From NCBI GenBank assembly GCA_002269645.1, contig NIVC01000033.1, positions 485,335 through 549,334 on the forward strand: 64,000 nt of DNA. Reading direction: 5' to 3'. Under the pieces are notes generated by a model. The model was not told the DNA's origin and made no database searches. It saw only the letters and a list, made by a program, of their open reading frames with translations. This stretch comes from Macrostomum lignano (lineage: Eukaryota). A program made the position numbers and the translations under genes. Within the stretch, counting starts at the first letter, position 1. Each line of letters opens with the position of its first letter. Of the stretch, positions 34,683-50,275 are shown in pieces.

Positions 34683-35680
34683 CAGGGGGTGCTCAGGGGG
34701 AATGAGGGGAGTCACAAGAGGGAATCGAAAGCGTCACAGGGGGGAATCGGGAGCGCCACGGGAGGAGCCACAGGGGGGAATCGGGGGAGCCACAGGGGGA
34801 AATCGGGGAGCCACAGGGGGGAATCGGGGGAGCCACAGGGGGGAATCGGGGAGCCACAGGGGGATGAGGGGAGTCACAAGAGGGAATCGGGAGCGTCACA
34901 GGGGGGAATCGGGAGCGCCACAGGGGGAGCCACAGCGGGGGAACCACAGGGGGGAATTGGGGGAGCCACAGGGGGAATCGGAGGAGCCACAGGGGGGAAT
35001 CGGGGAGGCACAGGGGGGAATCGGGGAAGCCACAGGGGGGGAATCGGGGGAGCCACAGGGGGGAATCGGGGAGCCACAGGGGGGAATCGGGGAGCCACAG
35101 GGGGGATGAGGGGAGTCACAAGAGGGAATCAAGAGCGTCACAGGGGGGAATCGGGAGCGCCACAGGGGGAGCCACAGCGGGGGAACCACAGGGGGGAATC
35201 GGGAGCGCCACAGGGGGAGCCACAGCGGGGGAACCACAGGGGGGAATCGGGGGAGCCACAGCAGGGGAATCGGGGGAGCCACAGGGGGAATCGGAGCGCC
35301 ACGGGAGGAGCCACAGGGGGGAATCGGAGGAGCCACAGGGGGGATCGGGGGAGCCACAGGAGGGATCGGGGGAGCCACAGGGGGAATCGGGGAGCCACAG
35401 GGGGGATCGGGGGAGCCACAGGGGGGATCGGGGGAGCCACAGGAGGGATCGGGGGAGTCACAAGAGGGATCGGGGGAGCCACAGGGGGGATCGGGGGAGC
35501 CACAGGAGGGATCGGGGGAGCCACAGGAGGGATCGGGGGAGCCACAGGAGGGATCGGGGGAGCCACAGGAGGGATCGGGAGCCACAGGGGAATCGGGGAG
35601 CCACAGGGGGGATCGGGGAGCCACAGGGGGGATCGGGGGAGCCACAGGGGGGAATTGGGAACACCACAGGGGGAATCAGA
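34683..35680. repeat. G-rich degenerate tandem repeat (unit about 20-21 bp, GGGGGAATCGGGGGAGCCACA-like) with higher-order blocks
   Basis: Direct reading. Extreme G/A strand bias; longer blocks (GGGGGATGAGGGGAGTCACAAGAGGGAATC) recur. Confidence 0.95.
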
Positions 35681-37204
35681 AGCTTCCAATCAGAATTGGA
35701 GGCTCCTTTGTAATTAAAGAGTGAAGATTGTGTAAACTCAAAAGTCAAATCCAGAACAAAGGATATTTAAAGCATGGCATTTTATTGTCTCTTTGCCATT
35801 AAGTTCAAGCAGTTAAAAGGCAGAAATTATATTGCAACTGAGCAATTTAGATTTTGTAAAAGGTATATTTTATTAAACTCTTCACTAGTTTTGTTTGGCG
35901 CTATTAAGAATCATTTTGAAAATTAAGAACTCCGTTTGGGTATCACAAAATCATAGAAGTTCGCCTGGCAGTTTGATGAAGCGTGCATGCAAAAATCTGA
36001 AAAAATCCCTGGGAATGAACCCAAACGTCTCTAAGATTGCTGCAAGGTTATTTAAAACTTTAATTTTGTTTAAAACAGCGGCTGTTTTACCTTGTGACAT
36101 CAAGGCCAACCATATTAGCAGTTAGCAACAACAACAGCAAAGTATTTCTGAGAACAACACCAAAAGCAGAAAATGCAGGGTGCAAAAAGTCAAAAAACAA
36201 TAAAAAGCAAAAACACTTCAATTTAAAGTTTAAGGCAGCGAATGGTGCTAATTAATAAGAAATGAATTACTTTTTAACTTCCAAAAGGTCTCTGAAAGTA
36301 AAAAATAGCCGAAGTTTTTAACTTGCAAAAATGATTATATTGCCACGGTTGCAACTTGTTACTGTTAGTAATGCAAACGCATATAGCATATTATAGGCAC
36401 TGACTCGTCTGTAATCCTAACTAAAAGATACAAAAGATCAATTAACTTAATAATAGCAAGGCAGATAGACGATTAGTCGGGAAGAGGCGGGTGCTGCAGT
36501 TATAAGAAAATGAAAAAACGGTTTTTTTTCTAAATTAAGCTTTAACCTCACCTCAGTTGGATTTCAGAATGTTTGCGTCAACCATTCAGTAATACGCATT
36601 CTAACAAAATATTTTATTCAAACTTATTTGCACGCACCTTCACACTCGCTAAAACAAAGCAAAAAACTCGATCTAAATTGAATTTGATAAACTACAAACT
36701 AAATCTCCTGCTCAGTTTCTGACGAACTTCACTCATCTTCCATTTAAACATCACAATTAAATTAAAGTATTCCACGGTCAATAATTTTATAAAGAAAATA
36801 AATAAAAGTAAAACTATTTGACAAGCGAGAAATTAAATAACGATCAAAAAAGCGCAATATAAGCAACTACAAATATTCCTCTTTGTCTTTCGATAGGTCG
36901 AAATCAATTTCAAATTTACGCCAAAGGGAGACATTTTTTACCGCATTTAAACGCCTAAAACTCTTGAAAAATAATTCTTTTAAAAAGTGACTCTGCGATC
37001 TAAAAATAATTTAGAAGGTATGCTTTTAAACTAAAACTTTGTTGAACAATGTCTTGCTTTGGCGCGAATTCGAATTTGATTTGACTAAACCAACTATTTC
37101 AACGAACACTATGCCGAAATAAAAACAGTTCTATCCAGAAAATCGACAAGTTCAAATTATAAAAATACCAAAGCGAAATCTCAATCGCTTCACAACCGCG
37201 CAAC

Positions 37205-40037
<2,833 letters not shown>

Positions 40038-40134
40038 GCCGATCTATTGCCTGGAAGCTGATTAGGCAGCGCAAAAGCAAGCTATGGTTTCTCATTTTAC
40101 AGGTGTCTTTGTTATACTGATATTCCATCACTGA

Positions 40135-40275
40135 CAGTAGCGCAAACAAACATTTGTTGAGGGGGTGGATTCAGGAGGATAAAGACCCAGGGGGGGAGTG
40201 AGTGTGGCTCTGGATTTTGGCAAAAATAAGGAGGCAACTCGCCCCCCCCACCCCCCCCCTTTGGTTGTGCCACTG
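40135..40275. mobile_element. 141-bp hAT-type MITE
   Basis: Termini CAGTAGCGCAAAC / GGTTGTGCCACTG. Perfect 8-bp TSD ATCACTGA at 40127-34 and 40276-83. Confidence 0.8.
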
Positions 40276-43200
40276 ATCACTGATTCTTCATAATAATGAT
40301 ATGAATAAAACAAAAGTTAACTATATTTTAATTGACTGAACTCTACTAAATTCATTTTTTCTAAATGTACAAAGAGATGGTTTTGTTAACATTTCTCTTA
40401 TTTATGACTAGGGGTAACTTCTGTCCTTACAAATGATTTCACCGCTGTCACTAAAGTTGACGTAGGGCTTACTTCTGCCTCTATTAATAATATCCCACTA
40501 TTGCCACCAAAGTTGCCGTAGGGCTCCGTCTCTCTATACAATTTCAACCGCTGACACCAAAGTTGTTACAGGGGTTATTTCTTATTGTTAATATTGCTGG
40601 TTATTATCTGTTTTTTACTAGTAGCGTATGTACTTTTACTGGTAGCGTATGTACTTTTACTGGCCTGAGCGGTCTTCTGGCACTAATCCTCTAACTCTAT
40701 GTATCCCCAATTCACTCCTCTAGGAGGGTTTCTCTCAGTCCGGGCGTTGCCGGGATCAGAGGGTCACAGCGCACTTTGCTGGGTATTCGGCCCTGAGGCG
40801 GGTTTCTCAGACTCTAAGCCTGGATTTCTCTACCCTGTGGTAGGATTTCTGCCTTCTATAGGCGGGTTACTAGACTCCTAAGTCTAGGGTTTCTCAGATC
40901 CTAGATCTGGTTATCTCGTCCTCTGAGGACAGATTGTACTCCCAACCTTGGGGCAATTCCTATACTAGTATCTACTACTAAAAAATTGAGTAATGCTGGA
41001 ACAACTCTTAAACTCAGTCTAAATTTGTCTGGTTAAGCTTGTAATATTCAAGCGCGAGCTCAAAGCAGAGCAAAGACTTTATTATTCTTAGCCTCTAGTG
41101 GGCTTCCTTTTATAGCAAAAATTTTAGAATGTTTTAAAACAAACTATAATATTCGTAATATGCAAAATATACAATATATAAAAAATATTCAACATATTCG
41201 TACAGTAAAACAATAGTTATGTTTTCAAAATACAATTTTCCTAGAAACTAATAAAATGCGGCCTATTACATTTATAAAAAGGCACAAGTATAGACAGTAA
41301 ATATATCCAGTTGAATATAAAATTAACTATGCTTAAACATATCAAATATACTCTATTACAACTATTTTTAGTATATAGGATTTGGTAAAAATGTAAGACG
41401 AAATAATTGTTCCATTATTACAAAAATAAAGCATTTAACTACTTTAATTTTAGCTTTAAATTATTATATTAAAAAGTAAAACTTTCTTTGAATTAAGGGC
41501 AATAAAATAAGTAATTCAAGAAAACATAGGAGGCGTTTGGATTTTAGGACACTTGTTATATATGATATATGCACAATTTACTTATTTAGTTCTATGGCAT
41601 TTAAAAAAATTAAATTTCAACAATTTCATCTCCTATGCAAAAGTTTCGTGCAGGAAGTTTTTTACACTAAATTACAAATTTTACACTTGTCTGCTTAAAC
41701 ATTTTTATGTTCTAACTTTATTAAGTCAAATTTATGCAAAACTTGAAAAACCTAGAGAACTTAGGGAAAACTTAAACTTAGGGAAACTTGAAAAAATAAA
41801 AGTTAAAATAATGAGATTTATGTGGCTGCCGAACTTGCCGTGTTGTAACAGCACGTTGCACTTGCACGTAAAATAAAATAAGTTGTTTAAGCAGACAAAG
41901 ATTAAGTAAAGCGAAACACATTGTGTCGTTTGTCTAATCATGCACTTGGTGTTCTACGAGGCTATTTTTGTTTCAAGTTTTTTCAAGTGGAACCGCGTTG
42001 TAATGAAATGGTAATAAAAAACAACCAAGAATGCAGGTTAAATGTGTGCCATTTTCTGTTTACATTGCCTCAAGAAGCTAAATTTTTTTCGTTTTTAACG
42101 CAATTAGTTACACATTTAATGAATACATCTCCTTTAATTGCCCTTTGGTGATTCTGTCTGCAAGGACTGAAGATAGACCTCGAAAATTCTTTCTTTGTTT
42201 TCTTTCTTTGATTAAAAGCGGTGAAAGTTATTAAGACGTTGTGATCTTCCACTATGATACTCGTTGATCATCTTTCACTCTGATCCTCAGCTTCCATTCA
42301 ATGTCCTTGCGACAGGCGCACTCACTACTCATATTTCATACCACGTCTCATAGTAAATATAGGTAAACGGACAGAAGCGAACGAGTTGGATAGCTATAAT
42401 GCCCTGAATTTATTGGCACTAAACTAATTGGCCTTAACTGCTCGGTTGATTATTAAATCGGAATTAATTAAGTTGAGATGGAGAATTCGAAAATGATGAG
42501 CATTGGGGGGACCTGGTTGACTATATCCAAGGGCAGCGCAACAGAGAAAGAATACCTTACAGACGCTGCCGACGGGCAGGGCTGCTTGGTGCGGTGGTCG
42601 TCGCATTGTCACAGTGGCTGCTGCGGTCACGGAAGATCAGTCCAGACGAGACGCGCCAGGAGGTTGAAGCCAAGGGAAATTCCAGCTCAGCACCGAAAAG
42701 GGAGAACGGAACGGAAGCGGTTGCCGCTCAGGGCTCAAAACAGCTATCATTTATAGCCCTGAGATCACGCGTCACGCGATCACGTGATAGCTCGTATTGA
42801 AGGCCATGACTTGTCCTTGACCTCCGTTACCAAAGCAATGCTGATAACGACACTCGTCACACGTGTGATTGGACGAGAAAAAATATTTATGATGGGGGAT
42901 TACGTAACAGGCAGGAAAAAGCTTTGGGAAGATGATAGGGATATATAAAACTGTCACACGCATGAACGATTTCGAACAATAGAAAGGAGGTGGGGTGGGC
43001 GATAAGAATGATTCATCAGGAACCACATGGGAAGAAGGGAGGGTGCACAAAAATTAGTCGGGGGTGGCAGGACGTGCTACATCAATATATTGAATTGTTA
43101 CATACTGTGTACGCTCATTATTCAACGGTTCGAAATCATTACGCGAGGCTACTAAAATACATTCATAAGACAATGTTCTTGTGTCTATACACCAGCTGCA

Positions 43201-44013
43201 AAACCATACACAACTAACCATACAACCATCAAACTAGTGAATAATTCTCTGCATCAAGCTGATTAATAAATATAACTAATTCTTCATAACAAATCTGGTA
43301 GAAAAACAACAATATTTCTATGGTCAAAACCGCCGCAAGCGATTCACGTTACCTTTTTAGCGCTTAAAGACATGGAGGCATTAAATTTACTTGTTGGACC
43401 TACTAAAATCAAATCGGTCGATCGCTACTCCCTGCGGAAAGAGTTTCTCAAGTAAAACAAAAATGAGCATCTACGATCACTCTATCCACGGCATGGTTGC
43501 TGACGTCCTGCGAGGTGTGCTGCTGTTTTTTACGGTGCTGACCGTGTCCTTTTCAATACTACTCCTGGAGTGGTTCAACGAGCGGCTTAGCCAGATGCAG
43601 CGGATGGTGCACAAGAAGAGTAAGGAGTTCCTTGTCGAGTGCATGATTGAGAACTATGAGAAGAAGTTGCTGAGCGCGCACAGGACTCCACTGTTCTAAC
43701 AGTATTGGAAAATGAATTACACTGTATTACGATCCATTGTTGTAATTTTGCGTGTATGCGTACATCCTAGATTGCATGTGAAAATATATTGAAGTAGCTT
43801 CACTGAGACTTTCGGAAAATGACATTTTTAGCTGGCGCGCCAGGAAACAATAGTTTAACTATTGTATATTAACTATTGTATAACTATTGTATACAATAGT
43901 TAATGTACATTGCACGTAAAACTAACAGGTCACATGCCCTTGGTTAATTGGGTGCCTTTATTTAACGCGGGGCGGGCGGCCTCTGGCCCGCCAAGTGCGT
44001 ATCGCCAAAAGTA

Positions 44014-44497
44014 CGCCAAAGTGATCGAGTGCCTGCGGTGCTAAATGAGTGCCTGTCTGCGGCGCCAAAGTGATCGAGTGCCTGCGGTGCTAAATGAGTG
44101 CCTGTCTGCGGCGCCAAAGTGATCGAGTGCCTGCGGTGCTAAATGGGTAAATGAGCGCCTGTCTGCGGCGCCAAAATGATCGAGTGCCTGCCGTGCTAAA
44201 TGGCTAAATGAGCGCCTGTCTGCGGCGCCAAAATGATCGAGTGCCTGCGGTGCTAAATGAGCGCCTGTCTGCGGCGCCAAAGTCATCGAGTGCCTTCGGT
44301 GCTAAATGAGCGCCTGTCTGCGGCGCCAAAGTCATCGAGTGCCTGCGGTGCTAAATGGGTAAATGAGCGCCTGTCTGCGGCGCCAAAATGATCGAGTGCC
44401 TGCGGTGCTAAATGGCTAAATGAGCGCCTGTCTGCGGCGCCAAAATGATCGAGTGCCTGCGGTGCTAAATGAGTGTCTGTCTGCGGCGCCAAAATGA
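44014..44497. repeat. 49/57-bp tandem repeat, about 9 copies
   Basis: Unit GTGATCGAGTGCCTGCGGTGCTAAATGAGTGCCTGTCTGCGGCGCCAAA (period confirmed at 44021 and 44070). Variants carry an extra 8-bp GGSTAAAT. Confidence 0.93.
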
Positions 44498-46192
44498 GTG
44501 CTAACAACACCGGTTCTCAAAATAGTGTACATGTGGGAATTTAATTGTTATTTACATGTAGAATTCTTGGCTTTTTGTCACGCTATCATTAAATTCATGG
44601 CGACAGCCCCTGGAAAATATTACATGTATATTGCAGTTGGAATTGATATTTCGCAATTTGGCATACAGCGCGTACACTGTTACATGCGGTGGGCTAAATA
44701 AAAAAGAAATACTGTGAATTCTATTTACTAGAGCGTGCTAAAAGCGTGCTAATCCTGCACAATTTGATGAGAGACAGAAGTGAAGAGTTCGCTTTAGCAC
44801 ACTAGAGAGAGAGGGGGGGAAAGGAGAGAGAAAGAGAAGAGAGAGAGAATTAGGTCTAGTGTCTAAACGCCCGAACTGCCACTTCCAGACCCTAAGCCTG
44901 GGAACAAAACCAGTGTTCACTTACGGTTGCGGGCTCCTCTTCTTCGTAGGGCAGGTTCTCCGAGCTCGTTCCTTGTTTCTTCTTCTCTGTTGCTCGCGTA
45001 TGTAGGGTTCGCCTTTTCAAATCTTCTTCTTCTCTGGAGGAATCTTCTTGAAGTCTAGAATCGGCCGAAAGTGAGAGCGTAACAATCAAATCTGGCAACG
45101 TCGCAGTGTGTCTCGAATGCAAAATCAATATAGGCCTTAGTTCAATGATCAATATCAACAATGCGCCCTTAATAACAAAATCAACTTTCTGCAATAATAA
45201 CGAGGTCCTCCAGGAAGGGCGTCTTCTTCTAGAAATAACGGAATCGGAGTGGTGTGCTCCTATCGGTTAATCTACGATAACCAAAATCAATCAACTCGAT
45301 AATCCTCTAAGGGTATCGGAATCGGTCCGCAGATCCTATCCAATCCCTTAGGAAAATGGGAGGCCTCAAATTCAATGAGCTCAGTCCAAACGACTGGACA
45401 GTAGCGGCCGGCAATAAATCGCTCTCAAAATCAATTCAATAACAAAGGCTCGAACAAAGGCTCACCAATTGGTTAACTTCTTCCTCTGAGATGTAGCCTC
45501 GAGTAGCTTCTGCAGTAAGCCCAAGATGTTTTGAGGCTGCTCCGAGTCTGAGATTTTTAGCTCGGATTTCGGCTTGTATTTATAGGAAAGTTTCGCGAAA
45601 AACAGATTATTTTTAGGAAGTGACAGTTTTGCGTTTTGGGAATTTGACCCCTGTGGAATACATTAGATTTTAGCATTAATACCATATTCGTAGTTCTAAA
45701 TTTAAATGTTGTAAAAGATGGTCATTTGTTGCTTTCGTGGTCTTAAAAATAGAGTGTGACAATTTGCAGTTTTTAGCATTCAAGTTTTTCGCATCTTTAC
45801 GTTACTACTTATAGTAGTTTACTTTGCACCGTATTTGGATATCTCTACAGAAGGCACACTCGCACTGACTCAGCAATATGAGCCAAGATCGACACTAAAG
45901 AAGGCTCGCTGTAGTGAATACGAAAACTGCTCTCTAACAAGCTCCAGCACAGAGATGCGGGTGTACACTGCATAGACAATGGCCAGGCATCAAATTGAAT
46001 ATGCCGAACTCTTTTCTTGGTTTCCTTGGATAGCTTGGCACGTGTCTGACTGAGCACTGCATAAAAGAAATGAACTCAGAGTTGCTGCTAAAAACGTGCC
46101 GAGCTATCTGGCAGAGCCGAGTCCGAGTGCAGCTGCAGGCAAATTCGAATGCGAAACAGTTTCAATCGTGAATTCAGATCGACTGGCACAAA

Positions 46193-49100
46193 ATGAGCCC
46201 AATATCTGGCACAAAGTCCTGCCGTGCCTTCAGTTTGGCTTTGATTTGTCTACATGTAGCTCTGACGTCTGCACGATTATCTACGGCATCTGAGATGAGC
46301 TCAGCAGCTGATGAGGACTCCGCATCGGACAGCGTCGGCCGGGTGGTCTCAGAGCTTCGAGTGAAGCATCATTATCACTCGGCCAAAAAATGTGAGCAAA
46401 TCCTGGCACAAGTTGAAGCTAACACAAACTGTCTTGTCTTGGCTTGTGTTGCGTAGCCTTGTTAGATGCTAGATGCATGTAAAAAATTGACAATAAAATA
46501 AATCTCTGATTAAATCTGTTTATTTTCATTCCGTTACCGAATGATAAAATAGATTCATAAACCAATTTTAAGCACAGGACATGCATGTAGGATATATAAT
46601 TGGCATCTAACCCTAATTTTCTAAACAAAAAGCCAAATGAATATCAAATAGAGCTGCAGCAAAGACAAGATTTATCAAAACATGAACACTGGGTCTACTT
46701 CCTATCAAAAGCAATACAAACTTTGTGCTGTAAAAATGAAAACCTCCAGGCAGTATTTTTTTCAGTAAAAACTACTTCCTAAACATTTCCAACAAACGTA
46801 GGTCCTCGACTTACTTGACTTGACTTAGCTGCAGGGGGCTCCGTGCGTCCGGCAACAGCAAGGATGCGTTGCCTCCCATTTTGTTAACCCCTAGAGACCA
46901 CGGGCAGCTTAGTGCTGCAGTGTCACTTAGGGAGTTCCGGTGGTGCCGGTGTCCGCAGCGCGGTCCCCCTCCGGACAGTCCAGGAGGTGGACTATTGTCA
47001 CTCGCCCGGTAGCCCTTAGGTAGCGGACGAGCTGGCAGGACGAGCTGGCGTGTAGTCCTCGAGATTAGTGTTCGTTTTGATATGAATGCCTTAAAAGCTC
47101 ATTTCGATCATCAAAAGTGATTTGAGCATTTAAAAGCAGCCAGTTAAGACAATTGAATGCTGTTTCAGGCTGGCAGGGAAATCTATCACGTCTCAGTCTG
47201 AGTCAGCGGACTCGATGCGCTCGCCAGTTTCTGCGCAACTCAAATCATTGGCTTCGAGCCTGGGACCACAGAGAAGACTTGGCCTCGTTTCGATACGAAA
47301 CGGACATCTCAGAGAAGAACAGGCAGATGGTTGGTACTTTTATCAATATGTACTGCTGCATTAGCTAAAAATAGCGTTTAGTCACTCGTAAACAGTGGCA
47401 ATTTCGTATTTGTTACAATCTATTCGGCGAAACTTCTGTAGCAACATGAGTTGAACGACGCGCGGTTTGAGTTGGCTGATGTAATTAAAGCAAGATGCGT
47501 CCACGTCGTTCTTTGGCTGTTTTACCAAAGAGTATTTATTTTTATTTGGCATTTTCGTTCAATAACACAATCACAAAATAAGAAATATTATTTGAAATAA
47601 TTTTTAAATGTATTCCCTCTACTTCCATCTTTAACAGCTGAAGCGTGCGAAGGCTGGACTGGAAAAGTTCTCTAGCCGGCTAACGCTGTTCGCACTCAAG
47701 TTTAAAAAGTTTAAGATGAAACTCAGCCGCCGCGAGGCCAGAATGATGAAGCTTCTGCAGGGGAAGCAGGTCTTCAAGAGTAACCGCAATCTGCTGTAAG
47801 CTGCAGTTTACAATCGCTGAGTTAAGCCTCCCCCGTACGTACCCTGCACTTAGAATTGCGGATGGCTCTTGTTTCAGCCGTTACAATCAAGTTCAGTCGA
47901 GAATAATGCAAGACTACAACCAAGCAGTCGGTTGCTACGTGCCAGGAAAGTGCCTGGACAGCGGTGAGGACAACGTGGAAAACTTCTTCCGCACCAAAAA
48001 GGACTACGACCAGCTGCGGTATCTGTGGAAGTCCTGGCGCGATGCAACTGGCGCAAAGTTCCGAAACGCGTTCGTGGAGAGAGCTCAGCTGCTCAACGAA
48101 TCGGTTTGGCCTTCCGGTGAGTGAAGCGTGATGCAATCATTTATTGCTTCAATGATATTTAGTACTGGCAACGCCTATTGGTGAAGTTTTTTCAGATTTT
48201 TGAAAAAATCGAAGAGTTCCTTTCAATTTTAGGCTTCCGAGATTACGCCTACTTCGATTACTTTACTGCTTTTGAAGACCCGAAATTCCCTGACACAGTC
48301 ACGTCTCTCTACAACCAGTTCAAACCCCTGTACGAGCAGCTGCACGCCTACCTAAGACACCGACTGCACCAGAAGTATCCTGGAAAATTTGCTGCTAACG
48401 GGCTTCTACCTGGTCATCTTGGTGACGATCCTTGGGGATCCCAATACACAAAGTGGCACAATGAGTTCGTTCCGTTCCCAGCAGCCGAGTCCATCGATTT
48501 CGACGGCATTCTCAAGGACAGGGAGAGGCGTGGTCTCCTGACTGTGCCACAGCTGCCTCACGTCGCCGACGAGTTCTACAGAAGTCTGGGACTGCCAAAG
48601 ATGACAGAAACATTTTGGCGTAAGAGCGTGTTTCTAAAGCCGAAGGACCACAAGATGAACTGTCACGGAACCGCTTTCGACATGCACAGCGCGTCAAGAG
48701 ACGACTTCCGCATCAAGATGTGCACCCGGATGGACATGAGCAGCTTCAGCACGGTGCATCACGAGATGGGACACATAATGTACTTCATGCTGTACTCCCA
48801 CCAGCCGGTCATTTTTCGAAGGGGAGCAAACGGGGGCTTTCACGAGGCTATTGGCGATACGATTACGCTGTCCGTTCTGACGCCGAAACATTTTAAGGCC
48901 ATTAAGTTTATCAAGCACACAAACGACACTTCTGGTGAGAAACGAATGCTATTTCAGTTTTAAACCTGTCGATATACATCCGATCCTGTGCAAGTTTATG
49001 AAATAGTGACAGTAAGTTTGTATACTTCAGTGGTTAAGTCATATTAGGGTTATCCAGTAGCGATGCGAAATGATTTTGTTGCCATATTAGTAGTTAAGGA

Positions 49101-49956
49101 GTTTTTGTAATAATCGAACTCTTTTGGATTTTTTCCAGAGTCTCTTGTGAACAATCTGTTTACTCAAGCACTGGCAAATGTCATGTTTCTTCCTTACGCA
49201 TTGGTTGCGGACCTATGGAAGTGGCGCTATTTCGGTGGTCAGGTACCCAAGGAGCAGCTCAACCAGGACTGGTGGCAGCTCAGAAGTCGGTTTGGGGGTA
49301 TCGGGCCGCCAGTGACAAGGTCTGAGGCTGACACTGACGCTCTGTCCAAGTTTCATTTAGCAATCGATGTGAGCTACATCAGGTACAGTTATTGATCCAA
49401 CTGTTGATCATAAAGAACTGAAGCCTAATCAAACATAAATGTCACCTACTGCATCTTCTTTTAAACCAATTACGAGACATACAGACAATATAAAAGTCAA
49501 CTTTCAGTCGCTTAACAGGTGACGCGCTTCTTTTTCCAATTTCAGATATTTTGTCAGCTTCCTGCTGAAGTTCCAATTCTACAAGGCCCTGTGCCAGGAA
49601 GCTGGACATTTGGGATCCTTGGCCACGTGCGATTTCTACAGGTCAACCGCTGCCGGAGATAAGCTCAGGTGAGGGGATACTGAGTGAAGCAACCTTACAC
49701 ACAGACAAAGTACACACGTTTTGTGAGCAAACTTCAGAATTATATTTTTTCACTTAGACGCACTCTGCGGCTCGGCCGGTCCAAGCCTTGGCCGGATGCT
49801 CTCCAACAGCTGACCGGCCGGAGGGACATCTCGGCCGATGCACTGATGGAGTATTTCCAGCCGCTGAACAACTGGCTGAAGGACTACAACGCTAAGAATG
49901 GCGTGCCAGTGGGCTGGACCGTGCCTGCGAACCCAATGCAATCGGCTTCGAACTGA
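46193..49956 (+). CDS. ACE: Angiotensin-converting enzyme-like peptidase M2, single domain, secreted, copy 1 (8 coding exons modelled)
   Basis: Signal-like N-terminus, [53 protein letters not shown] and [10 protein letters not shown]. In-frame GT-AG junctions were found for the exons modelled. No TM anchor. Confidence 0.92.
46683..46800. mobile_element. Fragment of the 16496-17193 MITE family in ACE copy 1 intron 1
   Basis: ATGAACACTGGGTCTACTTCCTATCAAAAGCAATA..TTTGTGCTG.AAAAATGAAAAC matches 17037-17100. Confidence 0.65.
46805..47070 (-). mobile_element. Probable 3' end of an RTE-like non-LTR element with a (TCAAG)n-type tail
   Basis: GC-rich block that ends TAAGTCAAGTCAAGTAAG on the minus strand. 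Weak resemblance to the RTE C-terminal WR..I.A region. Confidence 0.4.
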
Positions 49957-50121
49957 TCGCACCGAATTACGAATTTGTAGGGATATTTTTGCATAAATCA
50001 TCACAAATTCTGAAAACATCGATTTTTAGAGGAACGAATGAAATACATCAAAGCGAATTCGTTTGTTTGTCTCTTATAAGAACTTTAAGAACTTGTAAGA
50101 ACGTTGCACACAGGGACTACT

Positions 50122-50275
50122 CAACTAGAAGAACGGGAAACCTTTATAAATATCAATAGAGCTATAAGAAAGGCACAACATATCAAAAGATGAATATTGG
50201 GTCTGCTTCCTATCGAAAGCAATAGAAAACTTCCTATCTCCGTAGTGTATTTTTTCGTAGTTTTTGATGAATCAA
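50122..50275. mobile_element. Deleted copy of the 16496-17193 MITE family between the ACE genes
   Basis: TAGAAGAACGGGAAACC + TTATAAATATCAATAGAGC..CACAACATATCAAAAGATGAA..CTTCCTATCTCCGTAGTGTATTTTTTCG. Confidence 0.75.

Noticed and set aside
34689-35748. Gly-rich, collagen-like and Pro-rich ORFs in all frames
   Set aside because: These are translation artefacts of the G-rich repeat. There is no consistent Gly-X-Y frame, signal peptide or splice support.
44041-44510. Repetitive ORFs (HLAPQALDHFGAADRRSF)
   Set aside because: The mix of 49- and 57-bp units shifts frame repeatedly, so this is a satellite and not a coding repeat.
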